A stretch of DNA of 64,000 nt from NCBI GenBank assembly GCA_963751335.1, contig CAVVUB010000001.1, positions 325,704-389,703 of the forward strand, read 5' to 3'. A model generated the notes under the pieces. It did not search any database and was not told the origin of the DNA. It saw only the letters and a list, made by a program, of their open reading frames with translations. The first letter of the stretch is position 1. Every line of letters begins with the position of its first letter. The translations under genes were made by a program, and so were the position numbers. The stretch comes from an uncultured Acidimicrobiaceae bacterium (GTDB taxonomy: Bacteria > Actinomycetota > Acidimicrobiia > Acidimicrobiales > RAAP-2). This document shows positions 38,797-49,153 of the stretch, piece by piece.

Positions 38797-39174
38797 ATGC
38801 TGGCAAAAGTGGGGTACCTCGCGATCGACACCGTCGACCCGAACGCCCTCTCCACGTTCTGGTGCGGACCGCTCGGGGTCGAAGTAGACGCCACAATCGG
38901 TGACGGCGACTTCCTGCTCCTTGCGCCGACAGCGGAAGGCCTGACGGTCGGCTTTCAGCGGGTGCCAGAAACCAAGACGGGAAAGAACCGGGTTCATCTT
39001 GACCTCGTGGTCGACGACTTGGATGCCGCGACGACCGAGGTGGAAACGCTGGGCGGGCGCTGGCTCGAACCCGGGCAGACCCGTGAGCTCGAGCGATTCC
39101 GGTGGCGCTGCATGGCGGACCCGGAAGGTAACGAGTTCGACTTGGACGTGCTCCCGGAAGACTCCACGCAATAG
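38797..39174 (+). CDS. VOC-family (glyoxalase-like domain) protein
   Basis: MLAKVGYLAIDTVDPNALSTFWCGPLG..GKNRVHLDLVVDDLDAATTEVETLGG..CMADPEGNEFDL. AGGAAGGAG lies upstream. Confidence 0.7.
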   Translation: MLAKVGYLAIDTVDPNALSTFWCGPLGVEVDATIGDGDFLLLAPTAEGLTVGFQRVPETKTGKNRVHLDLVVDDLDAATTEVETLGGRWLEPGQTRELERFRWRCMADPEGNEFDLDVLPEDSTQ

Positions 39175-39249
39175 GGCGACCGGGCGCAAGGACGTTCTTG
39201 GGACGCACGGCCGGGCGAGGGACGACACCCCGACGGCGGGTCGCCCTTG

Positions 39250-39657
39250 TCAGCGGAGCCGAATGAGTCCCGCCGAGGTTGGCGTGAATCCACACGAGTG
39301 GAAATAGAACCTCCCGAGGTCTTCGTCGAAATCGGCGTGCAGCCATTCACAACCTGATGTCCGGCATTCGGACCGTACGATCTCGATCATCCGGGTGCCG
39401 ATTCCCCGATTCCGGTCCGCATGGGAAACCATCGTGTCTTGAATCCAGGCATGCGTGAACCCATCCCATAGGACATTGACAAATCCAACGACACGTCCAT
39501 CGTCTCGGGCAACGACCCAACCAAGGCTGTGCTTCGCGAGGAGGTCCTCCCAGTTCCACTCGTCGTCGGAATATGCCCGAGTTTCGAAGGCCTCGGCGTG
39601 GAGTGCGTTGACCTCAGTGTTCTCGAAGGACCCCCTCCATTCGTACCTGACCGTCAT
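39250..39657 (-). CDS. GNAT-family N-acetyltransferase
   Basis: 135 aa: ..VVGFVNVLWDGFTHAWIQDTMVSHADRNRGIGTRMIE..FYFHSCGF (acetyl-CoA binding R-x-x-G-x-G). Confidence 0.8.
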   Translation of the reverse strand: MTVRYEWRGSFENTEVNALHAEAFETRAYSDDEWNWEDLLAKHSLGWVVARDDGRVVGFVNVLWDGFTHAWIQDTMVSHADRNRGIGTRMIEIVRSECRTSGCEWLHADFDEDLGRFYFHSCGFTPTSAGLIRLR

Positions 39658-39743
39658 CCGCGGAGAATATCCGGATCGTCCCCACCGGGCGGCCCGCTCC
39701 CGGCAGCGACGGGAACCTCTCGGGGACGGGGTAGGTCGTGCGT

Positions 39744-40376
39744 TCAGTCCTCCCGGTCCATACCGGCGCCGGGTTTTGCGGCCCGGTTGGCCAGGGACTG
39801 CTGGGCAGCCAAGGCCGAATCCTCGATCTTGGCTCGGTGGACCGTCCAGAAGGCCGCATCCAAGCTGCCGCGGGCGGCGCTATCGGGGTCGGTTCCCACC
39901 GCTCCGTCAATCTGCTCCCGGAGAATGTCCGCGTGTCCTGCGTGGCGATTCGTCTCGGTGAGCACGTGGACGAGGATGTTGAACAGCTTCACGTTCGGCT
40001 TTGGCCACCATGGCACGAGGCCGGGGGCGTCGAGGTCCAGTGCGTCGATTGTGGCATCGGCGTGGGCCCAGGCGCGGCGGTAGCGGCCCACGATCTCGGC
40101 CCGCGTCTCGCCGGGGGTGACCCATTTGTCAGCCCCGAAGTCAGCGCCGTCGTCCCACCATGGCAGGCGCTCGGGGAACGGCCGGTCGAAGATGTCCCCG
40201 AAGTAACGGGCCTCCGTGTTGGACAGGTGTTTCACCAGGCCGAGAAGATTGGTGCCGGTGGAGGTGAGGGGGCGGCGGACGTCGTACTCGGACAGGCCGT
40301 CGAGTTTCCAGAGCAGGACCCCACGCACGTCACGCAGGTCGTTGTGGAGGTACTCCTTCGCGACGGCGTCGTCCAT
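39744..40376 (-). CDS. DinB-family (DUF664, mycothiol-transferase-like) protein
   Basis: From MDDAVAKEYLHNDLRDVRGVLLWKLDGLSEYDVRRPLTSTGTNLLGLVKHL..HVLTETNRHAGHADILRE. Confidence 0.75.
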   Translation of the reverse strand: MDDAVAKEYLHNDLRDVRGVLLWKLDGLSEYDVRRPLTSTGTNLLGLVKHLSNTEARYFGDIFDRPFPERLPWWDDGADFGADKWVTPGETRAEIVGRYRRAWAHADATIDALDLDAPGLVPWWPKPNVKLFNILVHVLTETNRHAGHADILREQIDGAVGTDPDSAARGSLDAAFWTVHRAKIEDSALAAQQSLANRAAKPGAGMDRED

Positions 40377-40477
40377 GGTTGAGCTTGCCACGTCGAAGCG
40401 GGAAGCCGGGTGGCCAACACACGAATCCACACCGCCCCGCTGTGCCCCCAGGTTGTCGGGCGGCGGCGTTCTCGCCG

Positions 40478-41296
40478 TTACTTCCACGCCAGGTCGAGGA
40501 CCACCGGGCCCCCGTGTCCCACGAGCTGAACCGAGACCGCTTGTCCGGGGGTGACATCGCCGAAACACGAGTCCAACTCTGTGGGGAAGTCACAGGCCAC
40601 CATTTGGTTCAAGGCTCGCCCGGCCTGCAGAACGTCGAGCGCGTACCCAGGTGCAGGTGTGACCATGTTGATCGGCGTATCGGTCGCCCCAGTGGTGGCT
40701 GAACGCGGTGTGTAGGACACCGTCAAAGAGGTTTGGCTCGATGTCGCGGGTGGGATCACCTCCACGAAGGAGTCAGTTGCGTCGTAGGTGACAGATACCG
40801 CCAGCGGACCCAACGGTCCTGAGGCAACATCCTTGATGGCGAACGCCACGTGGAACCCACCAGTGGTTGCCGGAAGCGTGGCGTTGCCGGACGGTCCCAG
40901 ATTGATGCAGCTCTGGAACTTGAACTCCGGTGGCCAGGAGCTGTCGTCGAGTCCTCCGTCGAGGCCGGCCGGGCACAGTTCGAGCGGAGCGGGGCCCGAG
41001 GCGTGCAGCTGCACCGGCGTCGTGGTCGGGTGGAGTCCCACCGTGAGCCAGTTCCCGCTCGACAGCAGGACGCCGGACACGGTCAAGGTGCGGGTCCCAA
41101 AAACGGGAAAGGTGGTAGTGGTGGTGGCGGTGGTTGCGGGGATTGCCGTCGTGGTGGAGGTGGGGGTTCTGGCCTGGGTCGTCGTCGTGATGTGCGACCG
41201 AACGGAGTGCGAGGCATCGGTCCGCGTCACGGCCGTGGAACAGCTCGTGCACGCGAACACGACGACCAGCACAACGGCGCCGCGTACGATCCTCAC
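40478..41296 (-). CDS. Hypothetical lipoprotein with Thr-rich linker
   Basis: MRIVRGAVVLVVVFACTSCS (lipobox-like) is followed by a T/P-rich stretch and a beta-rich domain of about 200 aa with 4 Cys. No family recognised. Confidence 0.55.
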   Translation of the reverse strand: MRIVRGAVVLVVVFACTSCSTAVTRTDASHSVRSHITTTTQARTPTSTTTAIPATTATTTTTFPVFGTRTLTVSGVLLSSGNWLTVGLHPTTTPVQLHASGPAPLELCPAGLDGGLDDSSWPPEFKFQSCINLGPSGNATLPATTGGFHVAFAIKDVASGPLGPLAVSVTYDATDSFVEVIPPATSSQTSLTVSYTPRSATTGATDTPINMVTPAPGYALDVLQAGRALNQMVACDFPTELDSCFGDVTPGQAVSVQLVGHGGPVVLDLAWK

Positions 41297-41440
41297 CCTC
41301 GGATCTTAGGTACCAACCCTTCCGAAGACCGGCGAAAGACCGGGTCGCGCCCCGGCCCGAAAGTGCGTTCGTTCGTCGCAGACGCCGCGGACACTGCCTG
41401 ACGGCGACACCGGCCCGAGTCCGGAGCGGGCGGCGGCGCC

Positions 41441-42653
41441 TCAGCTCGTCGCGGCCTCGGCCAGCGCTCCGAGCGCCAAACGCGCCGTGACGTCCCAGGT
41501 GAACCAGCGGGATTGGGCCAGCGCGCCCTTGGTGAGCCGGTTGCGCAACACGTCGTCGCCCAGCACGCGACCGAGGGCGACCGGCAGCTGCCCCAGGTCG
41601 TCGACCAGCAGGCCCGACTCTCCGTCGACCACCGCGTCGCGGTGCCCGGCGATGTCGGTCGCCACCACCGGCGTGCCACAGGCCGCCGCCTCGGTCAGCG
41701 TCATGCCCCAGCCTTCGCGCTGGGAGGTGCTGGCGACCACCCAGGCCTTGCGGTACCACGACACCAGCTCCTCGTCGGGCACCCGGCCCGGCAGGTGCAC
41801 CCAGTCTTCTGCGCCGAGCTCGGCCCGCAACGCCTCGAGGGCCGGGCGCTCATAGCCCTCGCCGATGAGCACGGCCTCGAGGTCGGGTTGGTCGGTCTTC
41901 ACCTTGGCCAGCGCGCGGAGCAGCTCGTCGAAGCGCTTCACCGGCACCAGCCGGCCCACCGCGACCACCAATGGCGTCGGAGAGCGGTGGCCACCCGGCG
42001 TGAAGCGATCGTCCACCCCCGGTGGGACCACCGAGACGTTCGCTTCGGGCAGGCCCGAGCAGGCCCACGATCTCGTCGCGCGAGGACTCCGAGAGGGTCA
42101 CCACCCGGCTGTGCCGGTAGAAGCGCGGCGCCACGTGGCGCTCCATGGTGCTGCCCAGCTTGGCCAGCGTCGGGGGCAGGACCATTCCCCACATCTCCGC
42201 GTGCACGTGGTGCAGGAACACGATGCGCGGCCCGCGGTACCAGAGGGGTGAGAGGAACGGCATGCCGTTCCAGATCTCGACGAGGGCGTCCCCGGGGCGG
42301 TGCCCCATGCGGATGCCCTCCCAGGCTGCCCCCGGGAAGACGGCGTAGCGGCCGGAGCGGCGCAGCACCCGGTAGCCGTCGCGGGTCAGCGCCGCGGGCG
42401 CCCCCGTCACGGCCGAGGTGCGGAAGGTGACGTCGAGCCCGGCCGCGGCCCAGCGGGCGGCGACCATGTGGGCGTGCAGCTCGGAGCCGCCCGCTTCGGG
42501 GTCGTCCAGGTCGCGCCACGCCACCATGTGGATCCGGCGGATGCCTGCCCCTGCCGCCAGCGCGGCCAGGACCTCGGGATCCGAGGCCGCAGCGTTGGCG
42601 TCGGCTGAACCCGGGGTCGCGGCAGCGGCCACAGGCCGTCCGTCGTCACCCAT
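41441..42653 (-). pseudogene. Family-4 (GT-B) glycosyltransferase with one frame break near 42040
   Basis: The N-terminal half reads ..GGSELHAHMVAARWAAAG... The C-terminal half reads ..VGRLVPVKRFDELL..SQREGWGMTLTEAAACGTPVVATDIAG (E-x7-E region). Span is 1213 nt = 3n+1. Confidence 0.8.
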
Positions 42654-42662
42654 CGGTCCAGG

Positions 42663-44130
42663 TTATCCCTGGTGACTCTCCCCAAGACGGATCCGGTGCA
42701 CCACCACGAACCCGGTCACGATCACGGAGAGCACGACCGCCTGCACCCCCAGATCAACCAGCGCCGTCGCCCGCGGCGCGCCGTGCACGGCCAGCACGGC
42801 CAGCGGTCAGGACGGCCGCGCCACCCACGAGCACCCCGGCCACCCAGCGCCGGCCGACGGCGAGCAGGTACATGGTCAGGATCACCGAGACGCTGAGCAG
42901 GATCATGGCCACCACGAGCGGAGCCAACGCGTCCGAGGTTGACGTGTACTCGTGGTGGAAGACGAGTTGGAGCAGTTGCTCGGGCGCCAGCAGGGCCACG
43001 CCCAGAACGAGCACCGACGGGATGCCGAGCAGCACCAGGACCACGGCGAGCTGGCGCAGCGCATGGCCGCCTTGGCGCCAACGGATGGCCGCCTCGGGCA
43101 GCAGGTAGCCCCCGAGCACGACCGCCCCGAAGACGATGGCCTTGCTGGTCACCGAGACGGCGGCGTACGCGCCCGAGTGGCTCGGGTTGTCGCGGCCCAT
43201 GACGAGCACGTCGACGTTCTGGAGCACGGCCACCATGGAGAGCGAGACGGAGGCCACGACGAGGTCGAGCGCCACCGTGCGCCGGGCCCCGCGGTGGTCG
43301 AGCAGGACAGGGTCGGGCCGCACCGCGGCCACCCACCCGGTGGCCCAGGGGCGCGGGAAGCGACCGCCCGACCAGGCCCGCACCGCCTCGAAGCGCGCGT
43401 GCCCGGCGGCGAACACCTCGCCGATGAGGATGCCGACGGCGGCCCCGGAGGCGCCGTAGCCGGCCTCCACCAACACGAGCACGGCGACCAGGCGCACGCC
43501 GATCTCGACCAGCAGGTTGGCGGCCAGCGGTCGGTAGGCCCGGTGGGCCTGGAGCAGCCCGCGGTCGAGTGAGAGAAGGACGAAGAAGGCGGCCGCAGCC
43601 AGGATGGCGGCGATCCCGATCCCGCTGGCCTGGTTGAGCACGACGGCCACGGCGTGGCGGCCGAGGAAGACCAGGACCGCCCAGGCCAGGACGAGCATGG
43701 TGCCCTGCCGGTGCACCCGGCCGGCCCAGCGGCGCACCAGGTGTCCCGTGCCGTCCTCGTGCATCAACGTCACCCGGCGCACCACGGCCACCACCACGGC
43801 GGACCCGGGCATGGAGAGGATCAGGTAGAGGCCGGTGAGCTGGTTGAGCACCCCGTAGCTGTGCGGGGTGAGGAGCCGGGCCAGGGCCACGGTGAGGACC
43901 ACGCTCGCCCCGTTGGCCAGCACGCCGGCGATGGCCAACGGTCCGGCCTGGACCAGGCCGGACCGCATCGACTCCACCCCCGGCCGAGCCTCGTCGTCGA
44001 GGAGCAGATCCGCCCCGAGGTTGGGACCGACCGCATTGGGCGCGAACGACATCGCCGCCGACACGGATTCGACGACGACCTCGGCGGCGGGCGCCTCGCT
44101 GGCGTCGGGGCCTGTCTCACCGCTCAACAC
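42663..44130 (-). pseudogene. Wzx/MOP-type oligosaccharide flippase with one frame break near 42810
   Basis: A polytopic protein of about 12 TM helices (..GVLNQLTGLYLILSMPGSAVVVAVVR..). The last helix (AVHGAPRATALVDLGVQAVVLSVIVTGFVVVH) is in the next frame. Span is 1468 nt = 3n+1. Confidence 0.7.
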
Positions 44131-44274
44131 GCTGGACGTGCAGCCGTGCTGACGTGGAGGCCGTGGGGCGGGCGGTCACAAGGGTGGAGGTCGGCCATGG
44201 TCAACCGCACCACTCTGGCACCAAAGGCGTGGAAGGTGGCGCTGGTGACCGGCGCCCCGGTCGAAGAGGAGGCG

Positions 44275-46422
44275 TCACGAGCCGTCATGGAGGTTGGCCC
44301 GGTAGGAGGGGAGCCCGAGCTCGACCAGCTCAGGGAGGAGGGCGCTCCGGAGCAGCTCTCCCCCGGCGGTCGAGATGTGCTCGTCATCGAAAGACCGGAC
44401 CCGGACCCCGTGGATGTAGGAGGTGTAGTGGCCTTGGGGATCGAGCAGCTGGTTGAGGTTGATGACGGAGGCCTGATGGGGGTGCTCGGCGACTGCCCGC
44501 CGCACGTCGGCGTTGTACGCGTTCGTGCGGGAGGGAAGGTTCATGTCCCACGGTGACCCGTCGGGTTGTTCGGTGGTCTGGGCGATGTAGGGAAGGGTCA
44601 GCATGGCCACCGTTGCCCCGTGCGCGGAGCCTATGTCGATGACCTGGCCGAGCTCGGCCACCAGGTGCCGGTCGAAGGCCGGTTCCCCGACGTGGGTCCA
44701 GTGTCCGTCGAAGAGCCGGTCGAGGCACTCCCACCGCCCGAGGAGCACGGCAAAGACGTCGGGTCGCTCCCGGCCGACAAGCCCGGCCCAGGCCGCCCGC
44801 CAGTCCGGGCACCCTTCGGCCGTCGGACCCACCGTGCCCATGATGTTGACCGTGGTGCCCGGGTCGAGGTCACAGCCGATGGTGCTCTTGTTGGTGACTG
44901 TGATGCCCCAGTCACGCGCCTTGTCGCTCAACCCGATGCCGAGCGTCAGTCCCAGCGAGTCCCCGACCAAAAGGGCGTGCTCGGGGTGGGCGGCGTCCAC
45001 GCCGGAAGGGCCGACGAAGTGAGTGGGCGGACGGCTCCCGATCGGGAGGGTTGCCTCTCCTGGGGTGACCGTTGCCGTGAGGACGGCCGCCACGGTCAGC
45101 CCGACGGTCGCTGCCGCCAGGCCGGCCCAGACCAGGGGCATTCGGCGGCGCGAGCCCGACCGGCCCCACGTTCGGACGGGCTGTTCAACGAAACGGTAGG
45201 ACAGGGCGGCGATCCCGAAGGTCGCGCCCACCCTCACTCCGAGGAGCGCGGCGCCCGTCAGCCCGGTCCGCGCCCCGTCGAGGACGAGGAACAGGGGCCA
45301 GTGGTAGAGATACAACCCGTAGGAGATCCGACCCGTGTAGCGCAGGGGGCGAAAGCAGAGTGCCCTGGTCAGCGCGGCGCGTGGCAGTTCGACGGTCGAG
45401 GCGATCACCGCCGCCGTGCAGAGAGCGACGAGGAGAAAGCCACCTTCGTACAGCAGAGGGCCGTCGCCCTGCACGGCGTGGAGGGCCCAGAGGAGAGCGC
45501 ACGCTCCGATCAGGCCGAGCACGGCGATGGAGCGCCTGCGAGTCGGATACCACCACGTGGGCGGGCTCGGCTCAGCCCCGGGAGAAGGGTCGGATGAGCC
45601 CGGACGCGTCGTCCGCTCTGTCAGGGGGACGACGACCGCGAGCAGAGCCCCGACCATGATCGACTGGGCACGGGTGTCGGTCCCGTAGTAGAGGCGGTCG
45701 ATGGAGGCGCCGGCGAGGAACAGCTCCGCGCAGAGGGCGGCGGACGCTGCACCGATGAGGGCCGCCGCCCATCCGAGCCCGCGGCGTCCGAACCGGCGCA
45801 GCACGAGGAGGGTGACCACGGGCCACACGAGGTAGAACTGCTCCTCCACCGCCAGCGACCAGGTGTGCAGGAGTGGTGAGAGGGCCCCGAAGCGGACGAA
45901 ATAGTTCTGGCCCGAGGCGATGAAGTGCCAGTTGGCGGAGTACGCGAGAGTGAAGAGGGCGTCACCGCGGAGCTGGGCGGGCGGGACGCCTCCCCCGACC
46001 CACCGTGCGTACGCACCGATCCCGATGAGCAGGACGAGCAGCGCAGGGACCAGGCGGCGGGCCCGTCTGCCCCAGAACGCGAGCAGCTTGATGGTGCCCG
46101 TGCGGGCGTGTTCGGCGAGGAGCAACGAGGTGACCAGGAACCCCGAGAGCACGAAGAACATGTCGACGCCGAGGAGGCCCCCGTTCACCGCGCCGAGTCC
46201 CGCATGGAAGCCCATCACGGCGAGGACGGCCACACCGCGCAACCCGTCGAGCCCGGGAACGAAGCGCAGTGTTGTTCCCTGGGGGTTCTCCGCGGGTCGC
46301 TCCTGCTCGCCCGGAGCCGGACGCGGTTCGTCGCTCGTGACGATGTGCCCGCTTATTGTCTCCACCTCCGTGCCGCAACCCCCCGGCGTTCGTCTCGGGT
46401 CTGCCCTGCCCCATCGTCTCAC
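44275..46422 (-). CDS. Acyltransferase-3 family membrane protein with C-terminal SGNH domain (OafA/YrhL-like O-acyltransferase)
   Basis: Intact. ..RFVPGLDGLRGVAVLAVMGFHAG.. is the AT3 N-terminus, followed by about 10 TM helices, then ..ALLVGDSLGLTLG.. (SGNH block I). The exact start is uncertain. Confidence 0.85.
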   Translation of the reverse strand: MRRWGRADPRRTPGGCGTEVETISGHIVTSDEPRPAPGEQERPAENPQGTTLRFVPGLDGLRGVAVLAVMGFHAGLGAVNGGLLGVDMFFVLSGFLVTSLLLAEHARTGTIKLLAFWGRRARRLVPALLVLLIGIGAYARWVGGGVPPAQLRGDALFTLAYSANWHFIASGQNYFVRFGALSPLLHTWSLAVEEQFYLVWPVVTLLVLRRFGRRGLGWAAALIGAASAALCAELFLAGASIDRLYYGTDTRAQSIMVGALLAVVVPLTERTTRPGSSDPSPGAEPSPPTWWYPTRRRSIAVLGLIGACALLWALHAVQGDGPLLYEGGFLLVALCTAAVIASTVELPRAALTRALCFRPLRYTGRISYGLYLYHWPLFLVLDGARTGLTGAALLGVRVGATFGIAALSYRFVEQPVRTWGRSGSRRRMPLVWAGLAAATVGLTVAAVLTATVTPGEATLPIGSRPPTHFVGPSGVDAAHPEHALLVGDSLGLTLGIGLSDKARDWGITVTNKSTIGCDLDPGTTVNIMGTVGPTAEGCPDWRAAWAGLVGRERPDVFAVLLGRWECLDRLFDGHWTHVGEPAFDRHLVAELGQVIDIGSAHGATVAMLTLPYIAQTTEQPDGSPWDMNLPSRTNAYNADVRRAVAEHPHQASVINLNQLLDPQGHYTSYIHGVRVRSFDDEHISTAGGELLRSALLPELVELGLPSYRANLHDGS

Positions 46423-46507
46423 ACGCCCTCATCGGGCCACCGCCCTGGTGAAAGGGGCCGAGCAGCCCTCCTCAGGTTCCCAGGAGGCCGACGTAGAGTA
46501 GCCACCC

Positions 46508-47945
46508 ATGATCGGCAGGGCGAGGCACGCCGGCGCCCGCTGGTGGCCGTGGCTCGCACTGTGGACCGCGGTGGGCCTCGGGATACGCCTGGGCACGGTC
46601 TTCGGCCGGCCCAACCGGGTCGCGGGCGGTGACGCGTACTACAACCACAACGCGGCGAACCTGCTGGTGGCCGGCAAGGGATTCATCAATCCGTTCCTCT
46701 ACTACCCCCATGACCTGCACCACCATGTGCAGACGGCCTCGTGGCCGCCGCTGTTCGTCTTCGTGCTCGCCGCCGCCTCCCTGGTCGGGGCCAAGAGCTT
46801 CCTCGCCCAACGCATCTGGTGCTGCATCATTGGGGCCGGTGGGGTCGTGCTGTGCGGCTACGTCGGCCGCGAGATCGGGGGCCGGCGCGTCGGTCTCATC
46901 GCCGCTCTGCTCGTGGCGGTCTATCCGAACATCTGGATGAGTGACGAGCTCGTGCTCTCAGAGACGCTCTCTCCCGTGCTGGTGGCCCTCGTGTTGCTCA
47001 CCGCGTACCGGTTCTGGAAGCGACCCGGCACCTGGAACGTCGTCTGGCTGGGCGCTGTCCATCGGTTTGGCCGCCCTCGGCCGAGACGAGCTCTCTCTGC
47101 TCGCGGTGTTCATCCTCGTCCCGCTCGCCCTACTGGCCAAGACTCTGACATGGTGGCGCCGGATCGCGCTCGTCGGGATCGGCGGCCTCGTGGCGCTGCT
47201 CCTCGTCGTCCCCTGGGTCGGCTACAACATGAGCCGTTTCAGTGATCCGGTTTACATCAGTTCCGGCCTCGGCATCACCTTGGCTTCGGCCAATTGCAAC
47301 TCCACCTTCAACGGCCGGTACGAGGGCTACTGGTCCTTGCAATGCGCGGTCGTCGCGGCGAAACACGCGGAGACGAAGCCCGATGCGGACGAGTCGGTCC
47401 AGAGCTCCGAGGTCGAGGCGTACGCCCTCCACTACATCCGCACCCACGAGAACCGGCTCGTCCCGGTGGAGCTGGCTCGGCTCGGCCGCGCCTTCGGCTT
47501 CTTCCATCCCTTCCAGCAGGTCCATCTCGACTCCCTGGTGGAGACCCGTCCCTACCACTGGGCTCTCGTGGGCCTGTACATGTACTGGACCCTCCTCCTC
47601 CTGTCCGTGGGAGGTGTCATCATCCTGCGCCGGCGCCGGATCCCGGTCTTCCCCCTTCTGGCCATCGGGCTCGATGTGGCGCTCTCGGTGGCCGTGACGT
47701 TCGGGCAGACCCGGTATCGCAGCACGTTCGAGGTCTCGCTCGTGCTCCTGGCCGCGGTCCAGCTCGACTGGTTCTGGAGTCGTCTGCGCCCCCAGCCGAG
47801 AGAGGTCCTCCACGGCGCTGAGACCGAGGGCGACAGAGTCGGAGAACTCGCCGCCCGGGCCGATGACGAGGCGGGTGAGGACTCCGACATCGACCCCCCC
47901 GCCCGCGCCGACGCGGACGTCGACCTGCCCACGCCGGCAGGATAG
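46508..47945 (+). pseudogene. GT-C glycosyltransferase (family 39 / ArnT-PMT-like) with one frame break near 47050
   Basis: ..GGDAYYNHNAANLLVAGKGF..PPLFVFVLAAA..IAALLVAVYPNIW.. then shifts to ..SIGLAALGRDELSLLAVFIL... Span is 1438 nt = 3n+1. Confidence 0.7.
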
Positions 47946-47961
47946 GGCCGGCAGTCCCTTC

Positions 47962-48714
47962 ATGGAGCTCGGGCCTGAGGTGCTCGTGGTGCTGCCCGCA
48001 TTCAACGAGGCCCAGTCCGTGGCCGCGGTGATCGCGGAAGTCTTCGCGGTCGCTCCGAAGGTCCACGTGCTCGTGGTCGACGACGCTTCGGCGGACGGGA
48101 CAGCGGTTCTGGCCCGTGCGGCGGGCGCCGATGTCATCTCCAATGTGTTCAATCTCGGGGTCGGCGGGGCCATGCGGGTCGGTTTCCGCTACGGCGCGGC
48201 TCGGGGCTTCCGGGCTCTCGTACAGGTGGACGCCGACGGGCAGCACGATCCGCGCGACCTGCCACGCCTCGTCGCTCCCCTGGAGGACGTCCCCGCGCCG
48301 CAGGTGGTCATCGGTGCCCGGTTCGCCGGAGCGGGCGACTTCGCCGTCCCGCGGGCCCGACGCTGGGCCATGCGCATGCTGTCGGCGCACCTCTCGCGTC
48401 GGACCCACGTCCACCTGACCGATGTGACGTCGGGCTACCGGGCACACAACCGAGCGGCGATGGAGCTCTTTACGCGGACGTATCCGGTCGACTACCTGGC
48501 CGACACGGTGGAGTCCCTGGTCATCGCGGCCGAGGCGGGAGGCCAGATCCTCCAAGTGCCGGTCGCCATGCGACCTCGCCACGGCGGTGTCCCCAGCCAG
48601 TCGCCGGCGCGGGCGGCGCTCTACCTCGTGCAGGTCACGTTGATGTTGGCGCTGAGCATCCTCCGGCGCCGGAGCACCCGAACCAGAACCACCAAGGAGG
48701 CAGAAACCAAATGA
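47962..48714 (+). CDS. Family-2 glycosyltransferase (polyprenol-phosphate sugar synthase, GtrB/Ppm-like)
   Basis: Intact: VLVVLPAFNEAQSV..VLVVDDASADGT..VQVDADGQHDP.. followed by a C-terminal TM helix. Confidence 0.85.
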   Translation: MELGPEVLVVLPAFNEAQSVAAVIAEVFAVAPKVHVLVVDDASADGTAVLARAAGADVISNVFNLGVGGAMRVGFRYGAARGFRALVQVDADGQHDPRDLPRLVAPLEDVPAPQVVIGARFAGAGDFAVPRARRWAMRMLSAHLSRRTHVHLTDVTSGYRAHNRAAMELFTRTYPVDYLADTVESLVIAAEAGGQILQVPVAMRPRHGGVPSQSPARAALYLVQVTLMLALSILRRRSTRTRTTKEAETK

Positions 48715-49082
48715 GCGGAGTCCACCTGATCGCGCTCCTCAGCGCGTTGGCCACACTCATCGTCATCGTCGAGCTGTCACGGCGACGCCAGCTCCCTGAG
48801 AAGTACGCCGTGGTCTGGCTCGGGGTCGGCGTGGTCGTTGCCGTCTTCGCCATTGCCCCGGGCCTGTTCAACCGGATCGCCCACGCGATGGGCGTCATCA
48901 ACCCGCCGGATCTCCTGGCGGTGCTGGCCTCGCTGTTCCTCCTCGTCGTCTGCGTCCAGCTCAGCTGGGAGATCGGCCGTCTCGAGGACAAGTCGCGCTC
49001 GCTCGCCGAGGAGGTGGCGCTGCTGCGCAAGGACGTCGACGACCTGGGCGCCCTCGACCGCCCCGCGCGCGACGGCGTCTGA
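48711..49082 (+). CDS. DUF2304 domain membrane protein (usual partner of the GT2)
   Basis: 123 aa: ..LIVIVELSRRRQLPEKYAVVWLGVGVVV..LLAVLASLFLLVVCVQLS..LEDKSRSLAEEVALL. ATGA overlap with the GT2 stop. Confidence 0.8.
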   Translation: MSGVHLIALLSALATLIVIVELSRRRQLPEKYAVVWLGVGVVVAVFAIAPGLFNRIAHAMGVINPPDLLAVLASLFLLVVCVQLSWEIGRLEDKSRSLAEEVALLRKDVDDLGALDRPARDGV

Positions 49083-49153
49083 ACCCAGTCAGCTCCGCAT
49101 CGGCCGTGCGCGCCCGAAACTCGGGCATCGCGCGCTCCCCCGGGCGGTTCTCC

